Below the pieces are notes generated by a model. It made no database searches and had not been told where the DNA came from. It saw only the letters and a list, made by a program, of their open reading frames with translations. The translations under genes and the position numbers were made by a program. Positions 54,174 through 64,000 of a stretch of DNA of 64,000 nt are shown piece after piece. Numbering within the stretch: position 1 is the first letter of the stretch; every line of letters begins with the position of its first letter. This stretch comes from an uncultured Planctomycetota bacterium. GTDB taxonomy: Bacteria; Planctomycetota; Planctomycetia; Gemmatales; Gemmataceae. The DNA lies in assembly GCA_963849325.1 (NCBI GenBank), contig CAWKHF010000010.1, positions 128,001 through 192,000 of the forward strand, given 5' to 3'.

Positions 54174-55259
54174 TTACTTCGACTTCGTGAACTCGGGCGT
54201 CTGGATCTTGCGCTTGGCTTGCAACTCCGGCTCGAACAGTTCGCGCGTCGCCTCGGCGTCGAGATTGTCCTTGGTGACCACGTATTCGCCGGTGCCGAGG
54301 TCGGTGCCGCCGGCGGAAACGTCGAAGCCCTCCAGGTGCTTCACCAGCGTCCACACGCCGAGATAACCCATGCGGTACGGATCCTGAACGATCGTCCCAT
54401 CCACGTCGCCTTCGCGGATCGCTTGCAACAGCGGCTCGGACGAGTCGAAGGTGACGTAGCGCACCTTGCCGTTGAGTCCCTGGCTGCGCAGGGCGATAAG
54501 TAGGCCGGTGGAACTGGACTCATTGACGGCGAATAGGCCGTCCAGCTTGTCCTTGTGGGCCAACAGCAGCGGCCCGGCGTTTTTTTTCGCCTCATCGACG
54601 GTGGCGCCGGCGTACTGGTCCGTGGACAGCAGGGTGATGGCCGGCTCGCCCGCCTTCTTTTGCTTCTCCATCTGCTCGTGGACGTAATCGAGGAATCCCT
54701 GTTCGCGCTGCTCGGTGCTCTCCGAGCCGACGGCATAGCGGAACAGCACCAGGTTCGGGGCCGTCTTGCCCTCCTTGCTCAGCACGTCGAGCAGACGCTG
54801 GGCGGCCAGGCGGCCGCCGTTGTAATTGTTCGTGGCCACGTATTTGACAAGGAGGTTCGGCTTCTGCTTGAGCCGTTCCGGATCGAGTCCCGAATCGATG
54901 AGGACGACCGGAATACCCCTCTCGACCACGGCCTCGACGCAGTCCACCATGCGTTTGCTGTCCTGAGGGGCAAGCACCAGGCCGTTGATGCCGCTGACAC
55001 TTTTCTGTTCGACGAGCTTGATCTGTTCGCGCGTCTCATTCTCCTTCTGCGGGCCGTCCCACTCGACGGTGGTACGGACGCCCTCGGCGCCGAGGTCGGC
55101 GGCGGCGCGTTCGGCGCCGCGGTGGATCGACTGCCAGAACTCGTGGGTCAGTCCCTTGGGAATGACGGCGATGCGGTACTTGGCGTTGTCGGCGGGCCGG
55201 CTGCAACTGCCGAGCAGCAAGCAGGCGACGGCCAGCGTCCGATAAACCCTTGGCGGCAT
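54174..55259 (-). CDS. Sugar ABC substrate-binding lipoprotein (RbsB-like)
   Basis: Lipobox LLGSC; IPKGLTHEFW; STEQREQGF; VQDPYRMGY. Confidence 0.92.
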   Translation of the reverse strand: MPPRVYRTLAVACLLLGSCSRPADNAKYRIAVIPKGLTHEFWQSIHRGAERAAADLGAEGVRTTVEWDGPQKENETREQIKLVEQKSVSGINGLVLAPQDSKRMVDCVEAVVERGIPVVLIDSGLDPERLKQKPNLLVKYVATNNYNGGRLAAQRLLDVLSKEGKTAPNLVLFRYAVGSESTEQREQGFLDYVHEQMEKQKKAGEPAITLLSTDQYAGATVDEAKKNAGPLLLAHKDKLDGLFAVNESSSTGLLIALRSQGLNGKVRYVTFDSSEPLLQAIREGDVDGTIVQDPYRMGYLGVWTLVKHLEGFDVSAGGTDLGTGEYVVTKDNLDAEATRELFEPELQAKRKIQTPEFTKSK

Positions 55260-55444
55260 GGAGTCTCCCTTCGATGGTGCCGTGTCTTGGGGCCGGTGGA
55301 GCCTGTAAGGTAGTGCCTGTGCCCGGAGGGGTCAAGCAGCGGGAGAGCGCGGGCTGGGGTTGACCGGAACACCGTGCCGAGTACACTCGGCGGCGCATCC
55401 GTGGACCCGGCATCCGGCAGTTCGGGGCTGAGGATTGAGGGCGG

Positions 55445-56870
55445 ATGGGCATGTTGTTCTGTTCGCGTGAGTTTCTGCTGTTCTTCGCCGTCGTCTTCGC
55501 TCTCTACTGGATGCTCCCGTGGCGGCGGGGCCGTGTGTGGCTACTGCTGACCGCCAGCTTCTTCTTTTACGCCAGCTGGAACAAGGGACTCGCCGTCCTC
55601 ATTGGCGCGTCCACGGTGCTCGATTACCTGCTCGCCCTGGGCATGGAACGTTCCGCCGTGAGCTGGCGGCGCAAGCTGCTGCTGGGTGTGAGCCTGACGG
55701 CGAACCTCGGCTTGCTGTGCTATTTCAAGTACGCCAACTTCTTTCTCGATTCGCTGGCGCAGGCGCTCGGCGCGGCCGGCGTGACGACGGAATTTCGCAC
55801 CCTGGAAGTGATCTTGCCGGTCGGCATCTCCTTTTACACCTTCGAGGCCATCAACTACACGGTGGACGTCTATCGCCGCCGCATCCGCGCCGAGCGCAGC
55901 CTCGGCGATTTCATGCTCTTCATCCTGTTCTTCCCGCACCTGGTAGCCGGCCCCATCGTCCGCGCCCGTGACTTTTTGCCGCAGGTGAAGCGGCCCAAGC
56001 GCTGGGACTGGGCGCGGCTGTATCTGGGCACGGGATACTTCCTCATGGGTCTGGTCAAAAAAATGGCCATCGCCGATCGCATGGCCGAGTACGCCGACCC
56101 CGTCTTCGCCGATCCGTCGGCGTACCGTTCGGGAGCGGTGCTGTTCGCGGTGCTCGCCTACGCGGTGCAGATCTACGGCGACTTCTCCGGCTACACGGAC
56201 ATGGCCATCGGCACCGCCCACATGCTCGGCTACAAACTGGCGCGCAACTTCCACATGCCGTACCTATCGGTTAACGTCGCCGACTTCTGGCGGCGCTGGC
56301 ACATTTCGCTGTCGAGTTGGCTGCGCGATTATCTCTTCATCCCGCTGGGCGGCAGCCGGGGGTCCGGCTGGCAGACGACCCGCAACCTGCTGATCACGAT
56401 GACGCTCGGCGGTCTGTGGCATGGAGCCAGTTGGACGTTCGTTTTCTGGGGCGTGCTGCACGGTCTGTTTCTGATTGTCCATCGTGTTTTCCGCGGCTTC
56501 AGCGAGCGTCGGCCGTGGCTGGATTGGGCGCTGGGGACGTTGCCCGGCACGCTGCTGCGCATGTTGCTGACGTTCCTGTGCGTGGCCGTCGGCTGGGTGT
56601 TCTTCCGCGCCGACGTTCGGCACCGCGCTGACCATCCTGCATCGGCTGGTCGTGCCGAGTCACGGCCTGGGATCGCCGCTGCCGCGCGTCGGTCTGATCG
56701 ACACGCTGCTCTTTATGTGGGTCTGCCATGCGGTAGCCTACTGGGTGCCGTGGAGAAAGTGGTGGCGCGTGCCGGCCCCGATCCAGGGCTTCGCCTACGC
56801 GGCGGCCGTCGTGCTGGCGCAGGTGCTCGCCCCGGACGCCGGCAAGGCGTTTATTTACTTTCAGTTCTGA
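55445..56870 (+). CDS. MBOAT O-acyltransferase (AlgI/DltB-like); frameshift near 56610
   Basis: YFKYANF; LPVGISFYTF; DFSGYTDMA; FWRRWHISLS; GLWHGA; FIYFQF*. Confidence 0.93.
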
Positions 56871-56888
56871 GCATCGCCCGAGCCAAGC

Positions 56889-57031
56889 GGATAACAAGGT
56901 GACAAGGTGACAAGGTGACAAGGCGAGAAAATGATACGGTAATGAAACCTACAACATTCGCGCTCCGGACCACTTGGTTCCTGGCTCGGCTGTTCACCTT
57001 GTCACCTTGTCACCTTGTCACCTTGTCATCC
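56889..57031. repeat. Inverted arrays of octamer GACAAGGT / ACCTTGTC
   Basis: About 4 units at 56889-56926 and the reverse complement at 56994-57031. Confidence 0.9.
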
Positions 57032-58219
57032 GTGAAGCGGGGCGAGCGGCGACTGACCCGCCCAGCTCGGGCGGCGCTGCTGTGGGGTCTGGCGTTCCTC
57101 GCCGTCAGTGAGGTCGCCCTGGTGATCGCCACGCAGGGGCGGCGAGGAGAGCTGCGCGACCCGGAGTTCGGCTACAAGCTGGCTCGTCTGCGCCAACATC
57201 GGGCGGCCGAGCCGGAGCGCCCGCTGCTGGTCGTGCTGGGTTCGTCGCGCACCGGACAGGGCTTTCGTCTCGGCGTGCTGCCCGAGTGCCGGACGCTAGA
57301 CGGTCGTTCGCCGTTCGCGTTCAATTGCAGCCTGGTCGGCTCCGGGCCGCTCGCGGAGTTCCTCTGTCTGCATCGCTTGCTGGACGAGGGCATTCGCCCA
57401 GACTGGTTGGCCATCGAGATCCTGCCCGCCTTGCTGGGCCGCGTGTTCGACACCTGCGGCCATCCCGACGTCGGCGTCAGCCGCTTGACCTGGAGCGATG
57501 TGCGCTGCCTAACCCCTTACGTCCCGGACCCTGGCTCCCTGGCGCGCCACTGGATCGAGGCGCAACTGGCCCCCTGGTACGCCCATCGTTTCCCGCTCAT
57601 GAACGAATACGCCCGCGATTTCCTCCCCTGGCGTCTGCGCGTCGATCAATGGAAAGCCGTGGACGCCTGGGGATGGTCGGACATCGGCGTCGATACCGAA
57701 AACCCGGTGAAAGACCCGCGCGCCTTGGAAGTGGCCCGCCAAACCTATCAGGACGAGTTGAAGCACTTTCACATCATGCCGAAGCAGGACCGGGCGCTGC
57801 GCGACCTGATCGCGCTGTGCCGGCGCGAGCGCATCCCCGCCGTGCTGTATCTCATGCCCGAAGGCCGCCTGTTCCAGAGCTGGTACGTGCCGGCGACACG
57901 CGCCTGCCTGGAGGAATATCTGACCGGGATCAGCCGCGAATGGGACATTCCGATCGTCGATGCCCGCAACTGGATCGCCGACGAATACTTCGCGGACGGC
58001 CATCATCTGGACCGTCGCGGGGCGACGCGGTTCACCCGCCGCTTCGGCGACGAAGTGATCTCCTTCCTCGTGCAAGGCAAGCTCGACGCTATCCGGTCCG
58101 TCCTTGTGCCGATCCGTGGGCCGTCCCCCGAGAACCCGCGCGAATCGTCTCCTCGGCTCGAAACGAAGGTCCGTCCGGCGCAACCTCCTCCTCCCACTCT
58201 CTCTCTCCACGGACGATAG
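57032..58219 (+). CDS. SGNH-like (DUF1574/DltD-like) protein paired with MBOAT; start uncertain
   Basis: N-terminal TM; VLGSSR; FADGHHL. Confidence 0.8.
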   Translation: MKRGERRLTRPARAALLWGLAFLAVSEVALVIATQGRRGELRDPEFGYKLARLRQHRAAEPERPLLVVLGSSRTGQGFRLGVLPECRTLDGRSPFAFNCSLVGSGPLAEFLCLHRLLDEGIRPDWLAIEILPALLGRVFDTCGHPDVGVSRLTWSDVRCLTPYVPDPGSLARHWIEAQLAPWYAHRFPLMNEYARDFLPWRLRVDQWKAVDAWGWSDIGVDTENPVKDPRALEVARQTYQDELKHFHIMPKQDRALRDLIALCRRERIPAVLYLMPEGRLFQSWYVPATRACLEEYLTGISREWDIPIVDARNWIADEYFADGHHLDRRGATRFTRRFGDEVISFLVQGKLDAIRSVLVPIRGPSPENPRESSPRLETKVRPAQPPPPTLSLHGR

Positions 58220-58385
58220 TGACGGTCTTGTACACGGGAAACGGCAGACGGCACGGTTGAGGATTTTTCGCCTTGACAGCGAGGGGTCGCAGGTTTGAGC
58301 TATCTGTATTGGGGCGCACCCGAAGCGGGGTATGAGGGTTCTCGCGCACTCGAAGAACAAGTTCGGCGAACAAGGAGGTGCTGTT

Positions 58386-58820
58386 ATGCGGGTTTTGATG
58401 GTCCTTGGTTCTACTCTGTTCCTGTGTGTGAGCGCCGGCCGTGCGGCAGACGAGGATCAGGCAGCGGTTCACAAGAATGCGGAGAAGTACCTGGCCGCGC
58501 TGCTCCAACGGGACAAGGTAACGCTGCAATCCCTCCTCCACAAACGTTACGAGGGGCGATCCCTGCCTGGACTTGCCGGAATGGCAAGCTGGGACAAGGT
58601 ACAAGCCATTGCTCACTGGACCGACCCCAACACAACCTTCACGCGCTTGACTGGGAAAATCGAGAGTGTCCGGCTGTTTGGAGACACAGCCATTGAGACA
58701 GGCACCCTGTCTGCCAATCGGAAGGAGTATGGTGGGGACTCAACCTGGGCCGACCTTGGTTATACGCGCGTTTGGGTGAAAGAAGGGAAGGTGTGGCGGT
58801 TGGTTCACGAACAGTTTTGA
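58386..58820 (+). CDS. Secreted NTF2-like (DUF4440) protein
   Basis: GGAGG RBS; signal peptide; VRLFGDTAI...YTRVWVKEGKVWRLV. Confidence 0.85.
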   Translation: MRVLMVLGSTLFLCVSAGRAADEDQAAVHKNAEKYLAALLQRDKVTLQSLLHKRYEGRSLPGLAGMASWDKVQAIAHWTDPNTTFTRLTGKIESVRLFGDTAIETGTLSANRKEYGGDSTWADLGYTRVWVKEGKVWRLVHEQF

Positions 58821-58921
58821 GGGAGAAAGTGCTGAAGAAGGCACTGCGGTAGAGACGCCGGCTTCCCTTGGAATGCTTCCCGGTGATAACCAAATCGTCT
58901 CGAAGTACACCGAGGTTTCTT

Positions 58922-59152
58922 ATGAACGAGCCATGGCGATCACGGATCACCATCGAGCCGGGCAAGCGTGGCGGCCGTCCGTGCATCCGCGGCATGCGTA
59001 TCACTGTTTACGACGTCCTCTCCTATCTGGCAGCCGGAATGACCGTTGCCGAAATTCTCGATGACTTCTCGTACCTCACGCCAGAGGACATCCAAGCCTG
59101 TTTCGCTTTTGCCGCGGAGCGGGAGCGGAGTACGTTGGTCGCGGTCGCATGA
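58922..59152 (+). CDS. DUF433 antitoxin
   Basis: ITIEPGKRGGRPCIRGMRITV...LTPEDIQAC. Confidence 0.92.
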   Translation: MNEPWRSRITIEPGKRGGRPCIRGMRITVYDVLSYLAAGMTVAEILDDFSYLTPEDIQACFAFAAERERSTLVAVA

Positions 59153-59481
59153 AGCTGCTTTTCGACCAAAACTTGTCGCCGAAGTTGGTCAACCGCTTGG
59201 CCGACTTGTTCCCTGGCTCCAGTCACGTACAGTCGGTGGGGTTGGATTGCGCCGACGATGATAAGGTATGGGAGCATGCCCGGCTGAATGGGTTCGTCCT
59301 TGTAACCAAGGACGCAGACTACAATAACCTGAGCGTGCTGCGGGGCAGTCCACCGAAGGTAATCTGGCTGCAATTGGGGAACTGCACGACCGCCCAGGTG
59401 GAAGCGGCGTTTCGTGCTCGCTTCGCTGCCATCGAAGCGTTCGAGAACGATCCCTCTGTAGGAACACTCGTGTTGAGTTGA
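59149..59481 (+). CDS. DUF5615 PIN-like toxin
   Basis: MKLLFDQNLS; DDKVW; VTKDADY; PPKVIWL; 4-bp overlap with antitoxin. Confidence 0.92.
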   Translation: MKLLFDQNLSPKLVNRLADLFPGSSHVQSVGLDCADDDKVWEHARLNGFVLVTKDADYNNLSVLRGSPPKVIWLQLGNCTTAQVEAAFRARFAAIEAFENDPSVGTLVLS

Positions 59482-59532
59482 TCGGGTGGCCGCAACCCGA
59501 ATCCATGCCTTCCTTGAAGGCGTCCGATTCGG

Positions 59533-60219
59533 CTAAAGAAGGAATGTCTCCAGAAGCCGGCGGGGAACGCCCATGTCGATGACATGGACCTGGCCCAGCC
59601 ACGCGGCAGCGGACGGCTGAAGGAAGCCTTTCTTCAGGACGGCGACGGTGGCCGTATGCCGCGCCCGCACGGCGATTCCCAGTGGCAACCCGGTGTCACT
59701 ATCGAGTCCGCTGGGGACATCGACGGCAAAGACGCGGGCCGAGGCGACGTTGAGAGCGGCGATGACGCGATCGTAAGGCGGTCGAACTGAACCGGCCAGA
59801 CCGCTGCCGAAGAGGGCGTCCACGATCCAGTCGGCCCCGGCCAGTTCTTGCCGCAGTCTCTCCTCCTCAATGGCCGATCCGGCGAAGACTTCCACCGGCA
59901 TGCCGGCGGCGGCGAGGATGCGATGCTGGATCGCGGCATCTCCACCCAGTTTGGTGGGATCGGCGAACAGCAGAACGCGCACGGCGATGCCGGCATTGTC
60001 CAGGTGGCGAGCGATCACGAAGCCGTCGCCGCCGTTGTTGCCCTTGCCGCAGCAGATGACGACCGGCCCATTGATGCCGAGTCCACGCAGCAACTCCGCC
60101 ATGCCGCGGCCGGCGTTCTCCATCAAGACGACGCCGGGAACGCCGAACTCGTCGATGGCGCGGCGGTCCAGCTCGCGCGTCTGCTCTCGCGTCAGGATCA
60201 ACGGTCCTCGTGTCGTCAT
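59533..60219 (-). CDS. nnrE: NAD(P)H-hydrate epimerase
   Basis: [29 protein letters not shown]. Confidence 0.92.
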   Translation of the reverse strand: MTTRGPLILTREQTRELDRRAIDEFGVPGVVLMENAGRGMAELLRGLGINGPVVICCGKGNNGGDGFVIARHLDNAGIAVRVLLFADPTKLGGDAAIQHRILAAAGMPVEVFAGSAIEEERLRQELAGADWIVDALFGSGLAGSVRPPYDRVIAALNVASARVFAVDVPSGLDSDTGLPLGIAVRARHTATVAVLKKGFLQPSAAAWLGQVHVIDMGVPRRLLETFLL

Positions 60220-61206
60220 CGGCTGATCCGCAGTCCCGGGCCTTTCAACAGCGCCTCGACCTCGGCGCGGCGTGATCCAGGCGAAATCGCCGGGGATCGA
60301 GTGCTTGAGGGCGCTGGCGGCCACGCCGTAATCGAGGCCCTTCTGCAGATCGCCGTCGAGCAGGCCGTGGATCAGGCCCGCCGCGAACGAATCGCCGGCG
60401 CCGAGGCGATCGACGATCTCCACCTCGTAGGTCGCGCGTCTGCAGGACGCGGCCGTCCTGGTAGGCGATGGCCGTCCAGTTGTTCTTCCACACCAGCGGG
60501 TTGTCGCGCAGGGTGATGGCCACGACGCGGAGCGGGAAGCGGCGGGCCGTCTGGGCGGCGGCGTCCTCGTAGTCCTTGCCGCGTGATGCCGAAGACACGC
60601 TCGATGTCCTCCTCGGTCGTGACGAGCACGTCGCAGAACTGCCATCAGCTCGGTCATGCAGCGGCCGGCCTCGGCCTGGCTCCACAGCTTGACGCGATAA
60701 TTCAGGTCGATGCTCGTCGGCACGCCGGCGGCGCGGGCGGCCTGCAGCGCCTCGCGCGTCGTCTCGGCGGCGGTCGCGCTCAGGGCCGGCGTGATGCCGG
60801 TGACGTGGAACCACTTGACGCCGGCGAACACCTTCGGCCAGGCGACCATGCCCGGACGGATGTCGGCGATGGCCGCGCCCTTGCGGTCGTAGAGCACGCT
60901 GCTGGCGCGCGGGGCGGCGCCGAACTCCAGGAAGTAAACGCCGACGCGGTCCTCCGGCGTCCAGACGACGTGCTCGGTCGAGACGCCGGCCTCGCGGGCG
61001 TGGTTGGCGATGAGCCGGCCGAGCGGGTTGTCGGTCAGGCGCGACACCCAGGCGGTCGAGCGGCCCAGGCGCGCCAGGGCGACGGCGGTGTTCAACTCGG
61101 CGCCGCCGACCTGCACGTCGAGGCTGTGCGCCTGCTCCAGGCGGCGGAAGTTCGGCGGACTGAGGCGGACCATCGCCTCGCCGAAGGTGATCGACGTCAT
61201 AGGCAT
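60216..61206 (-). CDS. kdgK: 2-keto-3-deoxygluconate kinase (PfkB family); frameshifts
   Basis: [38 protein letters not shown]; ends GLRISR*. Confidence 0.88.
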
Positions 61207-61221
61207 GGCAACTCGCGGAAA

Positions 61222-61293
61222 TGGGTAGGGATAGGGAATAGGGATCGGGAGTAGGGAGAATCTTCTTTACCTATTCCCGACACCCTATTCCCT
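61222..61293. repeat. Imperfect inverted (GGGAATA/TATTCCC) repeat element
   Basis: GGGATAGGGAATAGGGATCGGGAGTAGG ... CCTATTCCCGACACCCTATTCCC. Confidence 0.7.
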
Positions 61294-61932
61294 CTTTGTT
61301 TGCTGCACGATGGCGACGTACTGGCGGGCCAGGTCGCGGATGCGGTCGAAGTCGCCGTCGGCGACGGCCTTGCGGCTCGACGAGCTGGCTGCCGACGCCG
61401 AGGCAGCAGGCGCCGGCCCGGAGGAAGTCGGCGGCGGTGGTCAGGTCCACGCCGCCGGTCGGCATCAGGCGAATCTGCGGCAGCGGCCCGCGCATCGCCT
61501 TGAAGAACGCCGGCCCCACCACCTCGGCGGGGAAGACCTTCACGATGTCGGCCCCCGCCTCCCACGCCGTCAGGATCTCGGTCGGCGTGAAGGCGCCGGG
61601 CATGACCAGCTTGTCGTAACGCTGACACAGGCGGATCACGTCGAGGTTGAGCGTCGGCGCGACGAGGTATTCGGCGCCGGCCAGCAGGGCGGCGCGGGCC
61701 GTCTCCGGGTCGAGGATGGTGCCGGCGCCGAGCAGGATGCGGTCGCCCAGGGCGTGGCGCACCTGCCGCAGCACGTCGAGGGCGTCGGGCACGGTCATGG
61801 TGATCTCGACGACCGTGACGCCGCCGTCGGCCAAGCCCGTACCACCTCGACGAGCTGCTGGCTGTCCGGCGAACGGACGACGGCGACGATGCCGCAGTCG
61901 AGGACGCGGCGGAGGTGGGTTTCCTTGCTCAT
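61285..61932 (-). CDS. eda: KDPG/KHG aldolase; frameshifts
   Basis: IVAVVR; VEITMT; GAGTILD; PGAFTPTE; VKVFPA; PTGGV; GVGSQL. Confidence 0.92.
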
Positions 61933-62141
61933 GGTTCGTGGCTCGCGGGGCGGCGTCGGGTGGTCCCGTGGCGCTATTGTGCGACTCGCAAGCCTCGATG
62001 GAAAGAGGGCGGCTCGCAGAGACGCTTTGTTGCCGATTTCTTCTTGATCGAAAGATCGGGGCCGAGTCTAATTCGAGAATCGCCTCGTGAGCGGCCTGCG
62101 AAACTCGAACCCTCCCTCCTTCCGGCTTGAGGCGCCCCGCC

Positions 62142-63553
62142 ATGAATCAATCGACTTCTCCGCACGAGATGGCGTATTCGTGTACACGGCGTCGCTGGCT
62201 TCAGCGTTGCGGACTTGGCTTGCTGGGCGGCCTGTCGTTGCCGAACTATCTCGCTCTTCGCGGCCGGGCGGCGGAGCCAGCGGCGGCCGGCGCCGGCTTC
62301 GGAAAGGCACGGGCCTGCATCGTCCTGTATTGTTGGGGCGGAGTCAGCCATCTCGACACCTGGGATCCCAAGCCGCACGCGCCGGCGGAGGTTCGCGGCG
62401 AGTTCCGGACCATCGCTACCCCCGTCCCCGGCGTTCGCTTCGGCGAACACATGCCGCGGCTGGCTCGGCGAATGAATCGCCTGGCGGTCGTTCGCTCGCT
62501 GCATCATCACTGCACGGCGCACGGCAAGTCGATGTACTGGAACCGAACCGGACATCCTCCGCCGCAGCCGGAGAGTCCAACCAACCTGCCGCCCTCCGCC
62601 AACGAATGGCCGGACCTGGGAGCGCAGGTGGCGCGGAAGCGGCGAGGCCAGCGGGGCATGCCGGGGTCCGTGCAGGTTCCGTATCCCCTGGTGGACAACG
62701 ACACCTTGCAGGCCGGTGATGCTCCCGGTTGGCTGGGTAATGCTTACGCTCCCCTGATGGTGCGTCCCTAGCGCGGTACGCCGTATGCCGGCGTCTCGCG
62801 CGATCCGGGCGGCATGTTGCTGCGGCTGACCGACGACGTCGATGCCGCACGCTTGCAGGCTCGGCGTCACTTGAGCCAGCGACTGGAAAGCTCGACCGCC
62901 GACAACGCCGACGTTCGCGGTTGGACGCGCTTCCAGGAGCAACGCCGCCGATCTGCTGAGCAATCCGCACATCCAGCGCACGCTCGATCTGGACCAGGAA
63001 CCGCCCTCGGTTCGCGACCGTTACGGCGAGCACATCTGCGGTCAAAGTCTGCTGCTGTCGCGGCGGTTGGTCGAGTCGGGCGTGCCCATCGTCACGGTCA
63101 TTTGCTCTGCCGGCGATCTCAACGGCGGCAGCGGCGATAACTGGGACACGCACGGCGAGAATTTTCCGCGTCTGAAAAACGCCTTGCTGCCGCCGTTGGA
63201 TCAAGGTTCGTCCGCCCTGCTCGACGACTTGGCGGATCGCGGCCTGCTGGAGACCACCCTCGTCGTGTGGCTGACCGAATTCGGCCGCACGTCCTCGCAT
63301 GATGGGGACTGGACGCAATCATTATCCCTTCTGCTATTCGGTGGCCCTCGCCGGCGGAGGCATTCGCGGCGGTCAGGTTTACGGCCGTTCCGACAGCCAG
63401 GGCGCTCATCCGCTCGATTTTCCTTGCGGACCCGGCGACCTGCACGCCACCATTCTCCACGCTCTGGGCATTGCCCTCGATTCGACGCTGATCGACGTTC
63501 AGGGACGGCCGCTGACAATCGGCGACGGCCGACCGTTGCCGCTGTTCTCGTAA
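62142..63553 (+). CDS. DUF1501 protein; internal stop at 62769 and frameshifts
   Basis: TRRRWL; GGVSHLDTWDPKP; WDTH; TEFGRT; GRNHYP. Confidence 0.85.
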
Positions 63554-63641
63554 AGAAAATGCTTGCCTCGGTTCGCCCGACGGAACATAATCGATCTTGC
63601 AGTTCGGAGGAGGGCCGTCAACACATCTCGGGAGACTACCC

Positions 63642-64000
63642 ATGAAAGGGCTGCATTGGGGTTGGTATCTGCTGATCGGTTTGGTGGCGCTGGCGCCGGC
63701 GGGGGTGCGCGTCCTGACCTGGCCGGGGTTCCACCGTGCGGCGGTCAATCCGGCGATGGCGCAGGCGGGGCAAACGCTCTTCCTGCACGAGTGGAAGCCG
63801 AACGATCCGTTGTCGGCCGGCGGCGACGGACTCGGGCCGGTCTACAATGCGACCTCGTGCGTCGCCTGCCATCACCAGGTTCGACCCGGCGGCGGCGGCG
63901 GACTCGAACACAACGTCACCACCTTCGTCATCCGCGACGCCCAGAAGGCGCGAAGGCGTCGTCCACTCGCAGGCCGTCAAGTTCCCCGAGACCTTGAATC
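63642..64000 (+). CDS. Di-heme oxidoreductase-like (thiol oxidoreductase) protein, N-terminal part
   Basis: Read by hand: MKGLHWG...LFLHEW...GDGLGPVYNATSCVACH (CxxCH). Confidence 0.8.
   Translation, partial: MKGLHWGWYLLIGLVALAPAGVRVLTWPGFHRAAVNPAMAQAGQTLFLHEWKPNDPLSAGGDGLGPVYNATSCVACHHQVRPGGGGGLEHNVTTFVIRDAQKARRRRPLAGRQVPRDLE

Noticed and set aside
56915-57031. N-terminal extension containing LSPCHLVTLSS
   Set aside because: Translation of the octamer repeat; real start is probably downstream
59533-61206. Apparent 557-aa KdgK-NnrE fusion
   Set aside because: Produced by frameshifts; kdgK has its own end (GLRISR*, TGA 60216-60218) overlapping the nnrE ATG

Overview
GC-rich bacterial DNA, most likely Planctomycetota (Gemmataceae-like). 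The basis is DUF1501/DUF1549-1553/DUF1559/DUF1800/TIGR03000 genes, a LEALEDRLVP extracellular motif and many palindromic intergenic repeats. Many conserved genes are broken by 1-2 bp frameshifts, probably long-read consensus errors. No rRNA, tRNA or CRISPR array was seen. Main observations: (1) a 4.2-kb element at 4023-8223 bounded by two ~131-bp MITEs with GTAA ends. It has matching 8-bp duplications both outside (ATCCGTTT) and inside (GCCCGGAG), splits a long hairpin, and carries GntR/ABC/permease genes, a trypsin-fold protein with GDCGG instead of GDSGG, and a truncated group II intron. (2) An island at 48.5-52.7 kb encoding a large GHKL/MORC-like ATPase, an SPPY-type DNA methyltransferase and an HTH regulator, with no recognisable nuclease (candidate defence system). 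(3) An Rpn-like gene with an internal in-frame RBS+ATG. (4) Two secreted Tyr/Gly/Pro-rich proteins sharing a C-terminal QxPxYWYD motif. All family calls come from motif recognition by eye, not database searches.
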